From positions 5,795 through 69,794 of the forward strand of contig JAWPOG010000045.1 in NCBI GenBank assembly GCA_033345155.1: 64,000 bases of DNA, written 5' to 3'. Position numbers and translations under genes: made by a program. Origin of the DNA: Alphaproteobacteria bacterium (GTDB taxonomy: Bacteria; Pseudomonadota; Alphaproteobacteria; Rs-D84). The stretch's first letter is position 1; each line of letters starts with the position of its first letter. This document shows positions 48,684-59,083 of this stretch, one piece after another. The notes below the pieces were generated by a model. That model ran no database searches. It was not told where the DNA came from and worked only from the letters and a program-made list of their open reading frames with translations.

Positions 48684-51413
48684 TTATTCAGATGCAACCG
48701 CGTCTGCGGATTCAGATTCTTCGTCGGATGCGCGTTCAATTGAAATTGCCGAAACAACTTTTTCGTTATCGGCGGTGCGGAACAAAGTCACACCAGCCGT
48801 CGAACGTCCCGCTATACGAACATCGGACACAGGTGTGCGGATGATTTTTCCACCGTCTGTAACCATGATAATATCCTGGTCATCAATAACAGGGAACGAT
48901 CCCGCAACGGCTGTATTTTTTCCGCCCAGTTTAATGTTTGCAAATCCGCCACCACCACGATGTGTTAAACGATATTCGTACGAACTGGTGCGTTTACCAA
49001 ATCCGTTTTCAGAAATGGTCAATATAAATTCTTCGTTCGCCGCCAACTCCGCCATTTTGGCATCATCCAGAACCAGTGTTGTCACTTCTTCTTCTGCATC
49101 TGCTTCTTCTTCTATGCCTGTTTCTGCACGACGTGCCGCGCGTGATTGTTTGATATAAGCCGCACGCACTGCCGAATCGGATTCACCACGGTTCAACATT
49201 GCCATATCTATAATGCGGTCATCCGCCCCCAGTGTGATACCACGAACACCCGTCGAATTGCGGCCCGCAAATACACGAATTTCCGGCACAGGGAATCGAA
49301 TCGCACGACCACGATATGTCGCCAAGAACACATCTTGGTCTTCATTACATGGCAGAACGGAAATCAAACTGTCACCCTCATCCAATTTCATGGCGATTTT
49401 ACCGTTTGCACGAATCGAATCAAAATCACTCATACGATTGCGGCGCACCGTTCCAGATGCGGTCGCGAACATCAAGAAATGTTCTTTGCCTGATTCTGCA
49501 ACACGTGCCACATCTTCTTCTGGTACTGGTAAAATAGCAGTAATCGTTTCGCCATTTTCCAATGGCAACAGATTTACCAGTGGACGTCCCTTGGCGGCGG
49601 CCGCTGCCTCGGGCAGTTTATATGTTTTCAGTTTGTAACACATGCCACGTGAACTAAAGAACAGCAAAGGTGTATGTGTGTTTGCCACGAACACCTGAAC
49701 AACATAGTCATCATCCTTGGTGGTCATGGCATTACGTCCTTTGCCCCCACGTTTTTGCGCACGATAAGTATCCAATGCAACCCGTTTAATATATCCTGTG
49801 TTTGATACAGTGATAACCATATCTTCGCGTGCAATCAAATCCTCGATATCAATGTCGATTTCAGCATCTGAAATTTCCGTACGACGTGGGGATGCCCAAT
49901 TGTCGCGTACAGATGCGGTTTCTTCACGAATAATTTGAATAATGCGTTCGTGACTGCCCAGAATTTCCAACAGGTCGCGAATCGTTGCACCCAATGTCGT
50001 CAAATCATTATGGATTTTGTCGCGTTCCAACCCGGTCAGACGATGCAACTGTAATTCCAGAATTGCACGAGCCTGATCTTCGGACATGTAAAACATGCCG
50101 TCTTTGTATTCAGTATTTGGGTCATCAATTAATTGAATATAAGATTCAATATCAGATGCGCGCCAACCGCGAGAAACCAGGGCTTCGCGGGCAACTTCGG
50201 GATTTGGGCTGGATTTAATCAGTTCAATAACCTCGTCCAGATTTCCGACCGCCACAGACAACCCCAACAAAGTATGGGCACGATTTCGCGCCTTGTTCAA
50301 ATCGAATATTGTACGACGACGAATAACCTCGGCACGGAAATCGATAAATGCGTCCAGCACACCACGCACATTGAACAACATCGGGCGACCACGGTTCAGT
50401 GCCATCATATTAACGGGGAAACTGGTCTGCATTTCTGTGTACTGGAACAGATGATTCAAGACCACATCTGCAATTGCGTCACGTTTTAATTCGATAACGA
50501 TACGCAAACCTTCCTTGGATGATTCGTCACGAATTTCAGAAATGCCTTCGATTCTTTTATCCTTAATCAGTTCGGCGATTTTGATAATCATTTGAGCCTT
50601 GTTCACTTGATAAGGAATCTCGTCAACGATAATCGCCTGATGGTCACGAAAATCTTCGATATGGGTTTTCGAGCGAATAATGATAGAACCACGACCTGTG
50701 GTATGCGCCTTGTACGCGCCCGCGCGTCCCATAATCATTGCGCCGGTCGGAAAGTCAGGCCCAGGAATAATGCCGAACAGTTCGTCATCGGTCAGATTCT
50801 TGTTATCCAAAATCGCCAAAATACCGTTGCAAATTTCACCCAGATTATAGGTCGGAACATTTGTCGCCATACCAACTGCAATACCGGAACCGCCATTTAC
50901 CAGGAAATTTGGGAATTTTGCGGGCAAAACAATCGGTTCCTGCAATGAGCCGTCAAAGTTTGGCTGCCAATCAACAGTGTCTTTGTCCATGTCGTCCATT
51001 AACGACGCACCCAATTTTGAAAGTCGTGCCTCGGTATAACGCATGGCGGCCGCCTTGTCCCCGTCGCGCGAACCAAAGTTACCCTGGCCCTGGACCAGCA
51101 TTTCGCCCATGGAAAAGTCCTGACCCATACGAACCATTGCTTCGTAAATAGAACTGTCACCATGTGGGTGATATTTACCCATAACATCACCAACGATACG
51201 CGCAGACTTTACAGTCGGCTTGGTCGCAGGCGCAACATCATTCATAACATACAGAATTCTGCGGTGCACAGGTTTACAACCGTCACGAACATCAGGCAAC
51301 GCGCGGTCAACAATAACCGACATTGCATAGTCCAAAAAACTGGTCCGCATTTCATGTTCCAAAGAAGACTGTGGAACACGGGTTTCAATTACTTCATTAA
51401 TGTTTTCTGACAT
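48684..51413 (-). CDS. gyrA: DNA gyrase subunit A
   Basis: [28 protein letters not shown], GyrA-box QKRGGKG. Confidence 0.98.
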   Translation of the reverse strand: MSENINEVIETRVPQSSLEHEMRTSFLDYAMSVIVDRALPDVRDGCKPVHRRILYVMNDVAPATKPTVKSARIVGDVMGKYHPHGDSSIYEAMVRMGQDFSMGEMLVQGQGNFGSRDGDKAAAMRYTEARLSKLGASLMDDMDKDTVDWQPNFDGSLQEPIVLPAKFPNFLVNGGSGIAVGMATNVPTYNLGEICNGILAILDNKNLTDDELFGIIPGPDFPTGAMIMGRAGAYKAHTTGRGSIIIRSKTHIEDFRDHQAIIVDEIPYQVNKAQMIIKIAELIKDKRIEGISEIRDESSKEGLRIVIELKRDAIADVVLNHLFQYTEMQTSFPVNMMALNRGRPMLFNVRGVLDAFIDFRAEVIRRRTIFDLNKARNRAHTLLGLSVAVGNLDEVIELIKSSPNPEVAREALVSRGWRASDIESYIQLIDDPNTEYKDGMFYMSEDQARAILELQLHRLTGLERDKIHNDLTTLGATIRDLLEILGSHERIIQIIREETASVRDNWASPRRTEISDAEIDIDIEDLIAREDMVITVSNTGYIKRVALDTYRAQKRGGKGRNAMTTKDDDYVVQVFVANTHTPLLFFSSRGMCYKLKTYKLPEAAAAAKGRPLVNLLPLENGETITAILPVPEEDVARVAESGKEHFLMFATASGTVRRNRMSDFDSIRANGKIAMKLDEGDSLISVLPCNEDQDVFLATYRGRAIRFPVPEIRVFAGRNSTGVRGITLGADDRIIDMAMLNRGESDSAVRAAYIKQSRAARRAETGIEEEADAEEEVTTLVLDDAKMAELAANEEFILTISENGFGKRTSSYEYRLTHRGGGGFANIKLGGKNTAVAGSFPVIDDQDIIMVTDGGKIIRTPVSDVRIAGRSTAGVTLFRTADNEKVVSAISIERASDEESESADAVASE

Positions 51414-51611
51414 ACTTACCTTTCCTATGTTTATAACATATGCAACATAGCAGATTTTTGGGCTTTTCGTCAAGAAATAAAGGTTAAAAAAACAATTGAC
51501 AAAACCTAGGTTTGTGATATATTTTGTATATCAATAAAAACGCATCTAAAAATATACATGTGGTGTTTGTATGTAAAATTTGGGTGCAAAACAGGAATCC
51601 AAGGATAAAAA

Positions 51612-51722
51612 ATGAAGCAGGCAGATATGTTTTTACCGTTTTATAAATTATTTGTGGCGCTGTTTATCTTTTATTTGGCCAAAGAAGCATTGGCAAAACT
51701 GGGTCTGATAAAATCTAAATAA
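51612..51722 (+). CDS. Putative 36-aa single-TM peptide
   Basis: MKQADMFLPFYKLFVALFIFYLAKEALAKLGLIKSK; AAGGA RBS; TTGACA..TGaTATATT promoter at 51496-51523. Confidence 0.55.
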   Translation: MKQADMFLPFYKLFVALFIFYLAKEALAKLGLIKSK

Positions 51723-51849
51723 AAAGGTTGCGTTTTTATAAATCGTATGATTAAATAAGGGCACAAACGGATTTTTCCGGGTGTACGAATGATGCTGCTC
51801 GGGTGCACTTGGAACAGAAAAAGAATAAAAAAACTAAGGGTTAAAAGTC

Positions 51850-52002
51850 ATGGCAACAAAACGTACATATCAACCATCGAAAACACGTCGCGTTCGCACA
51901 CACGGTTTTCGTGCGCGTATGGCAACCGCTGGTGGTCGCGATGTTCTTAATCGTCGTCGCGCATCGGGTCGTAAAAGATTGGCCGTAAGTGCAGCAAATT
52001 AA
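51850..52002 (+). CDS. rpmH: 50S ribosomal protein L34 (not in ORF track)
   Basis: [44 protein letters not shown]. Confidence 0.97.
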   Translation: MATKRTYQPSKTRRVRTHGFRARMATAGGRDVLNRRRASGRKRLAVSAAN

Positions 52003-52007
52003 AACAA

Positions 52008-52029
52008 GACCGCCGATTGGCGGTTTTTT
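52008..52029 (+). terminator. Intrinsic terminator after rpmH
   Basis: ACCGCC-GATT-GGCGGT followed by a T-tract. Confidence 0.75.
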
Positions 52030-52101
52030 ATTGGCTGGATTTTTTTCGGGGGGGCTAGAAATCGTTTTTATTAGGTTGTGGTTTGTGGTATAATACAACA
52101 T

Positions 52102-53064
52102 ATGAGAAAAAGAACTTCGTCTGTTTTAACGATTTTGTCGTGCTTGGTGGCTGTGCCGGCATTTGCTGGCTGGCAATATTCAGGGGAATATCTGGGGGGC
52201 GGTTGGTATGTTGATGATGGAACGCGTTTTGTAATTTCTGCGCGTGGGGGTGCGGCCTTTGGCGGTGGCGGTATCAATAATGACATAGGCGGGGTGGTTG
52301 TCGGTTATTATTTGTTGCCTGGGGGCGAACCTGTGACTGCTGAATACTGTTATTTAACTGGCGGTTGTGACAGCCTTGTTTTTGCAGGATATGGTACCTT
52401 GGGCGATTTGCCTGCATCAAAAGATTTTGAAAGTTTCTCGTTCGCTGCCGGTGCAAGTATTGGTTGGACAATTCCGCACAAGCCACAGTGGCGTATCGAG
52501 GGTGGCTGGGATCATATTTCAGAAACTGATTATAATTCGTCGCCTATGTTCCAGGGGGATTTATCCTTGGTCGAAGGCGCTATATCATCTGCCTATATAC
52601 AAAGTTCGTCTATTCAATCCAAGGTGACAACAGATGTTATAAGCGTCATGGCGTTTTATGACTTTTTCGATGGGCTGTATAAACCGATACAACAAATAAT
52701 TCCTTATGTTGGTTTGGGGGTTGGTTATGCTGATTCACAAACGGTTTTGAATTTATCTGATCCATGGGTTGATATTTCCGCACAGAACGAGTTCAAGATT
52801 TACGGTGTGGCGGACGAAGACTATGGGCTAACTGTATTCTATAAATCTGAATACAACACAACAAATGTGGCGGGCCTGCTAGCGGCTGGTGTATCCTATG
52901 GCATAAACGAAACCATGTTCTTGGATTTTGGTGTTCGTGCCATGTATTTGCCGCGCATCAAATGGGAATTGTCGAACGAAGACAGCAGCAAACATCGTGA
53001 ATTTTTCAGTGCCGAAAATGTTTTCTATGTTAATGCTATGTTGGGTTTGCGGTTCGAGTTTTAA
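52102..53064 (+). CDS. Outer membrane beta-barrel protein (opacity/surface-antigen-like)
   Basis: Signal peptide, IIPYVGLGVGYA, AGVSY, C-terminal LGLRFEF. Confidence 0.85.
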   Translation: MRKRTSSVLTILSCLVAVPAFAGWQYSGEYLGGGWYVDDGTRFVISARGGAAFGGGGINNDIGGVVVGYYLLPGGEPVTAEYCYLTGGCDSLVFAGYGTLGDLPASKDFESFSFAAGASIGWTIPHKPQWRIEGGWDHISETDYNSSPMFQGDLSLVEGAISSAYIQSSSIQSKVTTDVISVMAFYDFFDGLYKPIQQIIPYVGLGVGYADSQTVLNLSDPWVDISAQNEFKIYGVADEDYGLTVFYKSEYNTTNVAGLLAAGVSYGINETMFLDFGVRAMYLPRIKWELSNEDSSKHREFFSAENVFYVNAMLGLRFEF

Positions 53065-53089
53065 AAAAATCCCCCAGATGGGGGATTTT

Positions 53090-54463
53090 TTAATCCAGTG
53101 TCCTCAGACTAATCTTTTCCTCGTCCACTATGACCAGTTTACCAGTCCTGATATCAAATCTGCGTGCCGCATTAAATGCATCGCGTGTGCCAAACAGTTC
53201 CGGGCAGTAAATAGGGAATATCCCACGTGCCAGACACAATTGATTTGCAATAATAGATTCGTTGCAAACTGCAATCACAGGAATATCAGGTTTGCGACAT
53301 GAAATCTGAGTTGCAGCGATTGTATCACGTGCAAACACAATAATCGCGGCAGCGCGATTCAGGTACGCCATAGACGCAACAGAACGCGACCAGTCATTAT
53401 CAGGAATATTTTCAACGCGCGACCAATCAAACGGATTTGCAATCGCATCGCAATCGGCATGTGTTAGAATATTAGACATTGTTTCAATCACATTCACGGG
53501 GTTGATGCCAATTGTAGTTTCTTCGGAAGTCATTGTCGAATCTGCGCGCAAATAGGCAGTGCTTGCCACATCAGTAATTTCTGCACGTGTTGGAAATTCA
53601 CTGTTTGTCATGGACCCCAGCATTTGGGTTGCGACAATCACAGGTTTATTCATTTTGCGGCATTCGCGTATAATATGGCGCGATATTGCTGGCACTTCAG
53701 CATAAGGCATTTCGACCGCCAAGTCACCGCGTGCAATCATGATACCGTCAGCCACAGCTGCTATATCTGTGATATGAGCCACCGCGTTTGGTCGTTCGAT
53801 TTTTGCAATAATTTTAATAGGGCTTGCGCTTCGTTGAGAGATAAAGTCGCGCACCTCTGCTATGTCTTCTGGTTTTTGTACAAAAGAAATTGCGACATAG
53901 TCTGGATTTTTTGTAATTGCGTATCCCAAATCTGCGCGGTCTTTTTTTGTCAGAACAGATGTATTAATTTCTGTATCGGGCAAATTAAACCCGCGGCGTG
54001 ACCATATTTCATCGCCACGAACAACGGTTGTATCAACCCGATCCGGGGATGCGAAATCGACACGCATTTCAATTTTTCCATCGTTCAGCAAAATACGGTC
54101 ACCAACCTCTAAAGATTCTAAAACATCTGCATCTGGTAAGTTCACGCGTGTTGCATCGCCTGGTGTTGGATCGGCATCAAATGTAAATTTTTGTCCGATG
54201 GTCAGTGGATATTTATCTTCGGTTTCAAAATTGCCGATACGATGTTTAGGGCCCTGCAAATCAATCATAATTGCAACAGGTGTATTCAGTTCAGCTGATA
54301 TTTCACGGATCATATCAACTTTGCGTCCTTGGGTGTCGTCTGTATCGTGGCTAAAATTCAATCTGCACATATTGACCCCCGCTGAAATCATACGAGTCAA
54401 TGTTTCGCGGTCTTCACACTTTGGTCCGATAGAAGCAGTTATTTTTGTAAATCTGGTCATCAT
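53090..54463 (-). CDS. pyk: Pyruvate kinase
   Basis: TKITASIGP, RLNFSH, DLQGPK.R, IAKIE, GIMIARGDL, ATQML.SM, PTRAE. Confidence 0.97.
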   Translation of the reverse strand: MMTRFTKITASIGPKCEDRETLTRMISAGVNMCRLNFSHDTDDTQGRKVDMIREISAELNTPVAIMIDLQGPKHRIGNFETEDKYPLTIGQKFTFDADPTPGDATRVNLPDADVLESLEVGDRILLNDGKIEMRVDFASPDRVDTTVVRGDEIWSRRGFNLPDTEINTSVLTKKDRADLGYAITKNPDYVAISFVQKPEDIAEVRDFISQRSASPIKIIAKIERPNAVAHITDIAAVADGIMIARGDLAVEMPYAEVPAISRHIIRECRKMNKPVIVATQMLGSMTNSEFPTRAEITDVASTAYLRADSTMTSEETTIGINPVNVIETMSNILTHADCDAIANPFDWSRVENIPDNDWSRSVASMAYLNRAAAIIVFARDTIAATQISCRKPDIPVIAVCNESIIANQLCLARGIFPIYCPELFGTRDAFNAARRFDIRTGKLVIVDEEKISLRTLD

Positions 54464-54553
54464 ATTTCCTTGTCATATATCAAATTTGTTTTCTTGATTT
54501 TTACGATTAATGGTATATCATAAAAGCCATAAATAAACAAGGGGAAAACAGAA

Positions 54554-54802
54554 ATGAAACAGGCAAACCATGGCGCAATTGACAACCAGCAGTTGTTAAG
54601 CATTATCGAACGCATAGAAAAGTTAAACGAAGATACCGCCGCAATCGCTGCCGATATCAAAGAAATTTATTCCGAGGCTAAATCTGCCGGTTTTGACCCA
54701 AAATATATCCGCCAAATGATACGGCTGCGCAAACTGGACCCAGACGAATTGGACGAGGCGGACGAACTAACACAAATGTACCGCAATGCATTGGGTATAT
54801 AA
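54554..54802 (+). CDS. gapR: GapR/DUF2312 nucleoid-associated protein
   Basis: QLLSIIERIEKL.E....IAADIKEIYSEAKSAGFD.K..RQMIRLRK. Confidence 0.9.
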   Translation: MKQANHGAIDNQQLLSIIERIEKLNEDTAAIAADIKEIYSEAKSAGFDPKYIRQMIRLRKLDPDELDEADELTQMYRNALGI

Positions 54803-55116
54803 TGAAGGGATTCACAAAAACGGTCGAAGACTTTAACTGCGCCCATTGCGGCGCAGTTGTGCATGGCAACGGATACACCAACCATTGCCCAGTATGTCTG
54901 TGGTCGCGCCATGTGGATAATAACCCAGGCGACCGTGCCGCAACATGTGGTGGCATGATGGCCCCAATCGCCGTTGAAACAGATGGTGATAAATTTATTA
55001 TCACGCATAAATGCCAAATTTGTGGCAAAATCAAACGTCAGCGCACATCAGATGCTGACAATATGGACGAAATTATTCGCATCTCGCACAACAGTACATT
55101 TATTTTTGGGAAATAA
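54802..55116 (+). CDS. RNHCP-domain protein
   Basis: FNCAHCG..YTNHCPVCLWSRHVD..PGDRA..CGGMM.P..HKCQICG. Confidence 0.88.
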   Translation: MKGFTKTVEDFNCAHCGAVVHGNGYTNHCPVCLWSRHVDNNPGDRAATCGGMMAPIAVETDGDKFIITHKCQICGKIKRQRTSDADNMDEIIRISHNSTFIFGK

Positions 55117-56068
55117 TTCCTTGGTTTATCATATTTTCGGAACCCATAATATCACGAATTTCATCGATACAGATTTGCGTCATAGTTGTACGCGCCTCAG
55201 ATAAAAATGCACGCGGGTTAAAGTTTTCCGGATTTTGCGCCAATTCGCGTCGTGTTGCGGCAACAAAGCCCAACCTCAGGTCGCTGTCCACATTTATTTT
55301 GCAAACATTCATTTTTGTTGCGCGCCTCAGTTGCGCTATGTCCAGGCCACGTGCCCCAGAAATTTCACCGCCAAAATCATTTATGGTTGTCACCAGTTTT
55401 TGAGGAATATTTGATGCGCCATGCATAACCAGCGGAAATTCAGGCATGCGCGCCGCTATGTCTGCCAGTATATCGAACCGAAGTTCTTCGTCCTGGTGGC
55501 GCCGTTTATGTGCGCCATGACTGGTGCCTATGGCAATCGCTAAAGAATCAATACCCGTTTGTGTGGCAAATCTTTCCACATCTGCCGGATTGGTATAACT
55601 GGATTTATCGCTGAAAGTATTTTCATCTTCTATGCCGGCCAGCACCCCCAACTCGGCTTCGACCGAAACATTATGTTTATGTGCGGCTACCACGACGCGT
55701 TTCGTGATTTTCACATTTTCATCAAATGGTAATTTACTGGCGTCAATCATAACCGACGAGAATCCCAGTTTAATCGCTTGTACGCATGATTCCAGGCTGG
55801 AACCATGGTCCAAATGCAGTGCTATTTTATCATCTGGTGAAATTTTTGCCCCCAAAATCATTCCCTGCAGCATATCTGGCCCCATATATTTCAACGCGGA
55901 TTCAGACACTGCCAAAATTACAGGACTGCGTGTCATTCGTGCCGCGTTCAAGACCGCAGACAACGTCTCCATATTGAAAAAATTAAAAGCTGGCACAGCA
56001 TATTTGCGTGCGATTGCATCTGCGAACATTTCATTGGTGTTAATCAACCCCAGTTTTGTATATTTCAT
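55100..56068 (-). CDS. fba: Class II fructose-bisphosphate aldolase
   Basis: AVPAFN, LHLDHG, SSVMIDAS, VEAELG, AIGTSHG, LVMHGAS, KINVDSD. Confidence 0.95.
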   Translation of the reverse strand: MKYTKLGLINTNEMFADAIARKYAVPAFNFFNMETLSAVLNAARMTRSPVILAVSESALKYMGPDMLQGMILGAKISPDDKIALHLDHGSSLESCVQAIKLGFSSVMIDASKLPFDENVKITKRVVVAAHKHNVSVEAELGVLAGIEDENTFSDKSSYTNPADVERFATQTGIDSLAIAIGTSHGAHKRRHQDEELRFDILADIAARMPEFPLVMHGASNIPQKLVTTINDFGGEISGARGLDIAQLRRATKMNVCKINVDSDLRLGFVAATRRELAQNPENFNPRAFLSEARTTMTQICIDEIRDIMGSENMINQGIISQK

Positions 56069-56221
56069 GATAAAATCCCTTTATGTGCCAATTATAACAT
56101 ATTTTTACGGGAAATAGATTGTTTTTTTGGTTTTTTATTGACGACAGAAAAATTTGTGTCACAATTATTTCGAATCGGGGGCTGGACAGAGATAACAGTT
56201 TTTTACACAAAAGGTAAAGAA

Positions 56222-56554
56222 ATGAAACAGTCTTTGTTTGCGTTTTTTGGTTTGGCTATGTTAACAGGTTGTGCATACGATTATTACAACGGCGATGTGC
56301 GTTATACCCAGGATGGTAAAGATTGCATCTTTTATTCCGAAGAAAGCGGTCGCCATTATTCCGAAGATATCCGTTCATTGGACTTGGATAAAAAGATTGT
56401 ATATCGCAATACAAAATGTCGTGATTTGTATATGCGCGATAACTTTGATTCTGTTCAGCGCACAGAACGTCAGATTTTGATTCCAGCTACAAATCATTCA
56501 GAATGTGGCTGTTCCAAAAGATGTTCAAAAAGAACATATGTTTATGTGAAATAA
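56222..56554 (+). CDS. Putative lipoprotein
   Basis: Lipobox LTGC after a signal peptide; Cys-rich tail. Confidence 0.75.
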   Translation: MKQSLFAFFGLAMLTGCAYDYYNGDVRYTQDGKDCIFYSEESGRHYSEDIRSLDLDKKIVYRNTKCRDLYMRDNFDSVQRTERQILIPATNHSECGCSKRCSKRTYVYVK

Positions 56555-56580
56555 AAAAAACCGCCAATTGGCGGTTTTTT
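56554..56580. terminator. Bidirectional intrinsic terminator
   Basis: A-tract ACCGCC-AATT-GGCGGT T-tract. Confidence 0.8.
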
Positions 56581-57637
56581 AGTTGTTTTCAGATTCTTCT
56601 ACGACTGGGGCTTCCTGTGCCTGTGTCGTTTCAGTCTGCGTTGTGCTATTCAACTCGGCTATCAAAGATTGCATTCTGTCCGCTGTTTCCGCATCATTCA
56701 ACGCAACGGCAATTGTATATGCCGATTCTAAATCCGTACGAGCGGCAACAACATTTCCCAGATTCAAATTTAATGCGGCAGACTTTTCGAAATAGCTCAT
56801 CGCATAACTGGACAAAGTCTCGCGTTCTTCCATTGTTGTGGTGCCTTGAATCTGTTCCGAGATTACACGAATCGCAGAAGAATAATCATCAATTGCTTTT
56901 GCATAATCGGCCAATGCGGTGTATGCCTCGGCGCGTCCCGCATATACTGTCGGATTAACCATGCCTTCTGGTCTGGCCAACGAGTTTGTATAATCAGCAA
57001 CCGCCCCCTGCCAGTTTTTCATCCACAAATTCAGCTGACCACGTTTTGCATACAAATCACGCATTTGCAAAGTATTGCTTGGGTTCAAGGCATTTGCCGC
57101 CAACGCATTATTAATATCATTCAGTGCCGCGTTGAAATCTTCCAGGCGCATATGCAACAAAGCACGTGCATAGTATGCGGTTGCATTGGCAGGGTCTTGG
57201 GTCAAAGCAGCATTAAAATCGTCGATTGCCTTTTGATAGTCGCCGGCTTGCATATACGCTTCGCCACGCAGGGTATAAACATCTGCTGATACGATACCCG
57301 CATCAATTGCGGCAACCAAATCTGCGATTGCTGCATCGATTTCACCGGCCATCAGTTTTGTTTTTCCATTATTATAATAATCAGCCGCCTGCAACAAAGT
57401 CTCTTCGGTAATTGTTGTGGATTGTGTTGTTGACTGAGCATTATGCGCGCGTCCCAATATATAAAAAGTTGCCGCAATAAAGAACAAAATAATAAACCAA
57501 TAAACATAAATCGACAACGACCATGGATTAAAGCATGGTTTTGCTTTCTTGTCTGTGATTGTAGGTTTGCTTGTCACAGGTCGCACTTTTGCGCGCGTCT
57601 TTTTGTCGACAATTTTTTTTGCAGGTGTTCTTTTCAT
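56579..57637 (-). CDS. Membrane-anchored TPR protein
   Basis: One TM helix, then repeats of RGEAY..GDYQKAIDDFNAAL type. Confidence 0.9.
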   Translation of the reverse strand: MKRTPAKKIVDKKTRAKVRPVTSKPTITDKKAKPCFNPWSLSIYVYWFIILFFIAATFYILGRAHNAQSTTQSTTITEETLLQAADYYNNGKTKLMAGEIDAAIADLVAAIDAGIVSADVYTLRGEAYMQAGDYQKAIDDFNAALTQDPANATAYYARALLHMRLEDFNAALNDINNALAANALNPSNTLQMRDLYAKRGQLNLWMKNWQGAVADYTNSLARPEGMVNPTVYAGRAEAYTALADYAKAIDDYSSAIRVISEQIQGTTTMEERETLSSYAMSYFEKSAALNLNLGNVVAARTDLESAYTIAVALNDAETADRMQSLIAELNSTTQTETTQAQEAPVVEESENN

Positions 57638-57672
57638 GGTAAGTTTCCCCCCTCTCTATTTTTAATAAAATC

Positions 57673-58371
57673 TTAGAAAGATTTTTTCATCAGGTCAATT
57701 GTTTTCTGCGAAATTTTTTGAATACATCCAGCAGGCAGTTTTCCCAGCGATATTTTACCGTATGAAATGCGATGTAATTTACGTACAGGACATCCACATG
57801 CACGCAAAACGATTCGCACTTCGTTTTTTTTTCCTTCGGTAATTGTGACACGTAAATCGTTTCCACCCATTTCATCTATTTTCATTGGCGCATATTTTAC
57901 ACCATCCACCACCATCCCGCGTCTTGCGTTATCCAGGTGTGAAAAATCAATATTGTTAACCGTTGCAATATATGTGCGTTCAATATTTGACGCAGGCAGA
58001 GTTAATTTGCGCACCAGCTCGCCATCATTGGTCAGCAACAACAATCCCGTTGTCTTGTAATCTAAACGCCCGACATATTTCAGATTTTTATATTCTGCAT
58101 CCAGACAATCATAAATTGTTTTACGACCACGTGTATCTCGCAGGGTTGTCATTGTGTTAATAGGCTTGTGAAATGCGTACAATTCTGTTGTTGTGCGTGC
58201 AAATATTTTTTTTCCGTCAATTTCAACAATATCATTATCTTTTACAAAACTGACAGGGCTGGTAATTTTTTCTCCGTTTATGCTTACACGACCGTTTGCA
58301 ATCAGTTCTTCGGCTCCGCGTCTTGACGCGACCCCCGAATCAGCTATAAATTTTGCAACACGTACTGTCAT
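57673..58371 (-). CDS. rluB: rRNA pseudouridine synthase (RluB/RsuA family)
   Basis: S4 domain GVASRRGAE, VGRLD..TTGLLLLTNDG, EGKKNEVR. Confidence 0.85.
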   Translation of the reverse strand: MTVRVAKFIADSGVASRRGAEELIANGRVSINGEKITSPVSFVKDNDIVEIDGKKIFARTTTELYAFHKPINTMTTLRDTRGRKTIYDCLDAEYKNLKYVGRLDYKTTGLLLLTNDGELVRKLTLPASNIERTYIATVNNIDFSHLDNARRGMVVDGVKYAPMKIDEMGGNDLRVTITEGKKNEVRIVLRACGCPVRKLHRISYGKISLGKLPAGCIQKISQKTIDLMKKSF

Positions 58372-58373
58372 TT

Positions 58374-59027
58374 TTATCCTGTTATTTTCGCAATTGCGAT
58401 TGCTGTGGCCAGTTCTGCCCGCAATATTGTTTTACCCAGTGAAATCCCACATGCGCCCGCTGCGTCCAGCGCGGCAAATTCCGCATCAGAAAATCCACCC
58501 TCGGGCCCAACTAATATAGTTGTAATATTTTGTTTGTTGCAATTTGATTCTTTTCCGTATGCTGCACGTTCATCAGCAAACACAACATTTGATAAATCTA
58601 AATCGGCAAATTTTATTGGGGATAAAATCTCTGGCACAGTATTACGATTTGATTGCTCGGACGCCTCGACCACGATTTTTTTCATTCGTTCCCAGTTGAT
58701 ATGATGTGCGGTTGTACGATTTGTTATGACAGGTTGAATTTTTGCCACACCCATTTGTGTTGCCATGTTCAGCAAATCGTCCGTCCGTTTAATAGGAGCA
58801 AACATCAGGGTTATGTTGTTTGACGGGTCTGTATGCGCTGTTTTTTCACCGATGTACAAACAGTTATTATCAGCCAGTGTTGCAAAATATTCGTTTCCAT
58901 TGCCAAATACCAAACATTCATGTGTTCGCATTACGCGTGACAGATAGTGTGTTACATCCCGTTCCACAGGTATAATTTGCCCTGATTGAATATCTTGGCC
59001 GACGAAGATTCGTGGAATATTTTTCAT
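58374..59027 (-). CDS. rsmE: 16S rRNA m3U1498 methyltransferase
   Basis: HYLSRVMR, EASEQS.R, VGPEGGFS, LGKTILRAE. Confidence 0.93.
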   Translation of the reverse strand: MKNIPRIFVGQDIQSGQIIPVERDVTHYLSRVMRTHECLVFGNGNEYFATLADNNCLYIGEKTAHTDPSNNITLMFAPIKRTDDLLNMATQMGVAKIQPVITNRTTAHHINWERMKKIVVEASEQSNRNTVPEILSPIKFADLDLSNVVFADERAAYGKESNCNKQNITTILVGPEGGFSDAEFAALDAAGACGISLGKTILRAELATAIAIAKITG

Positions 59028-59083
59028 ATTTTTTTTATTTCCGTATTTTTTCAATGTCTTTTTTCTGATATAATATTAACACC

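Noticed and set aside
51775-51814. Hairpin upstream of rpmH as a novel ncRNA
   Set aside because: A single stem in a 5' UTR; it could be a ribosomal-protein leader but cannot be supported without comparative data.
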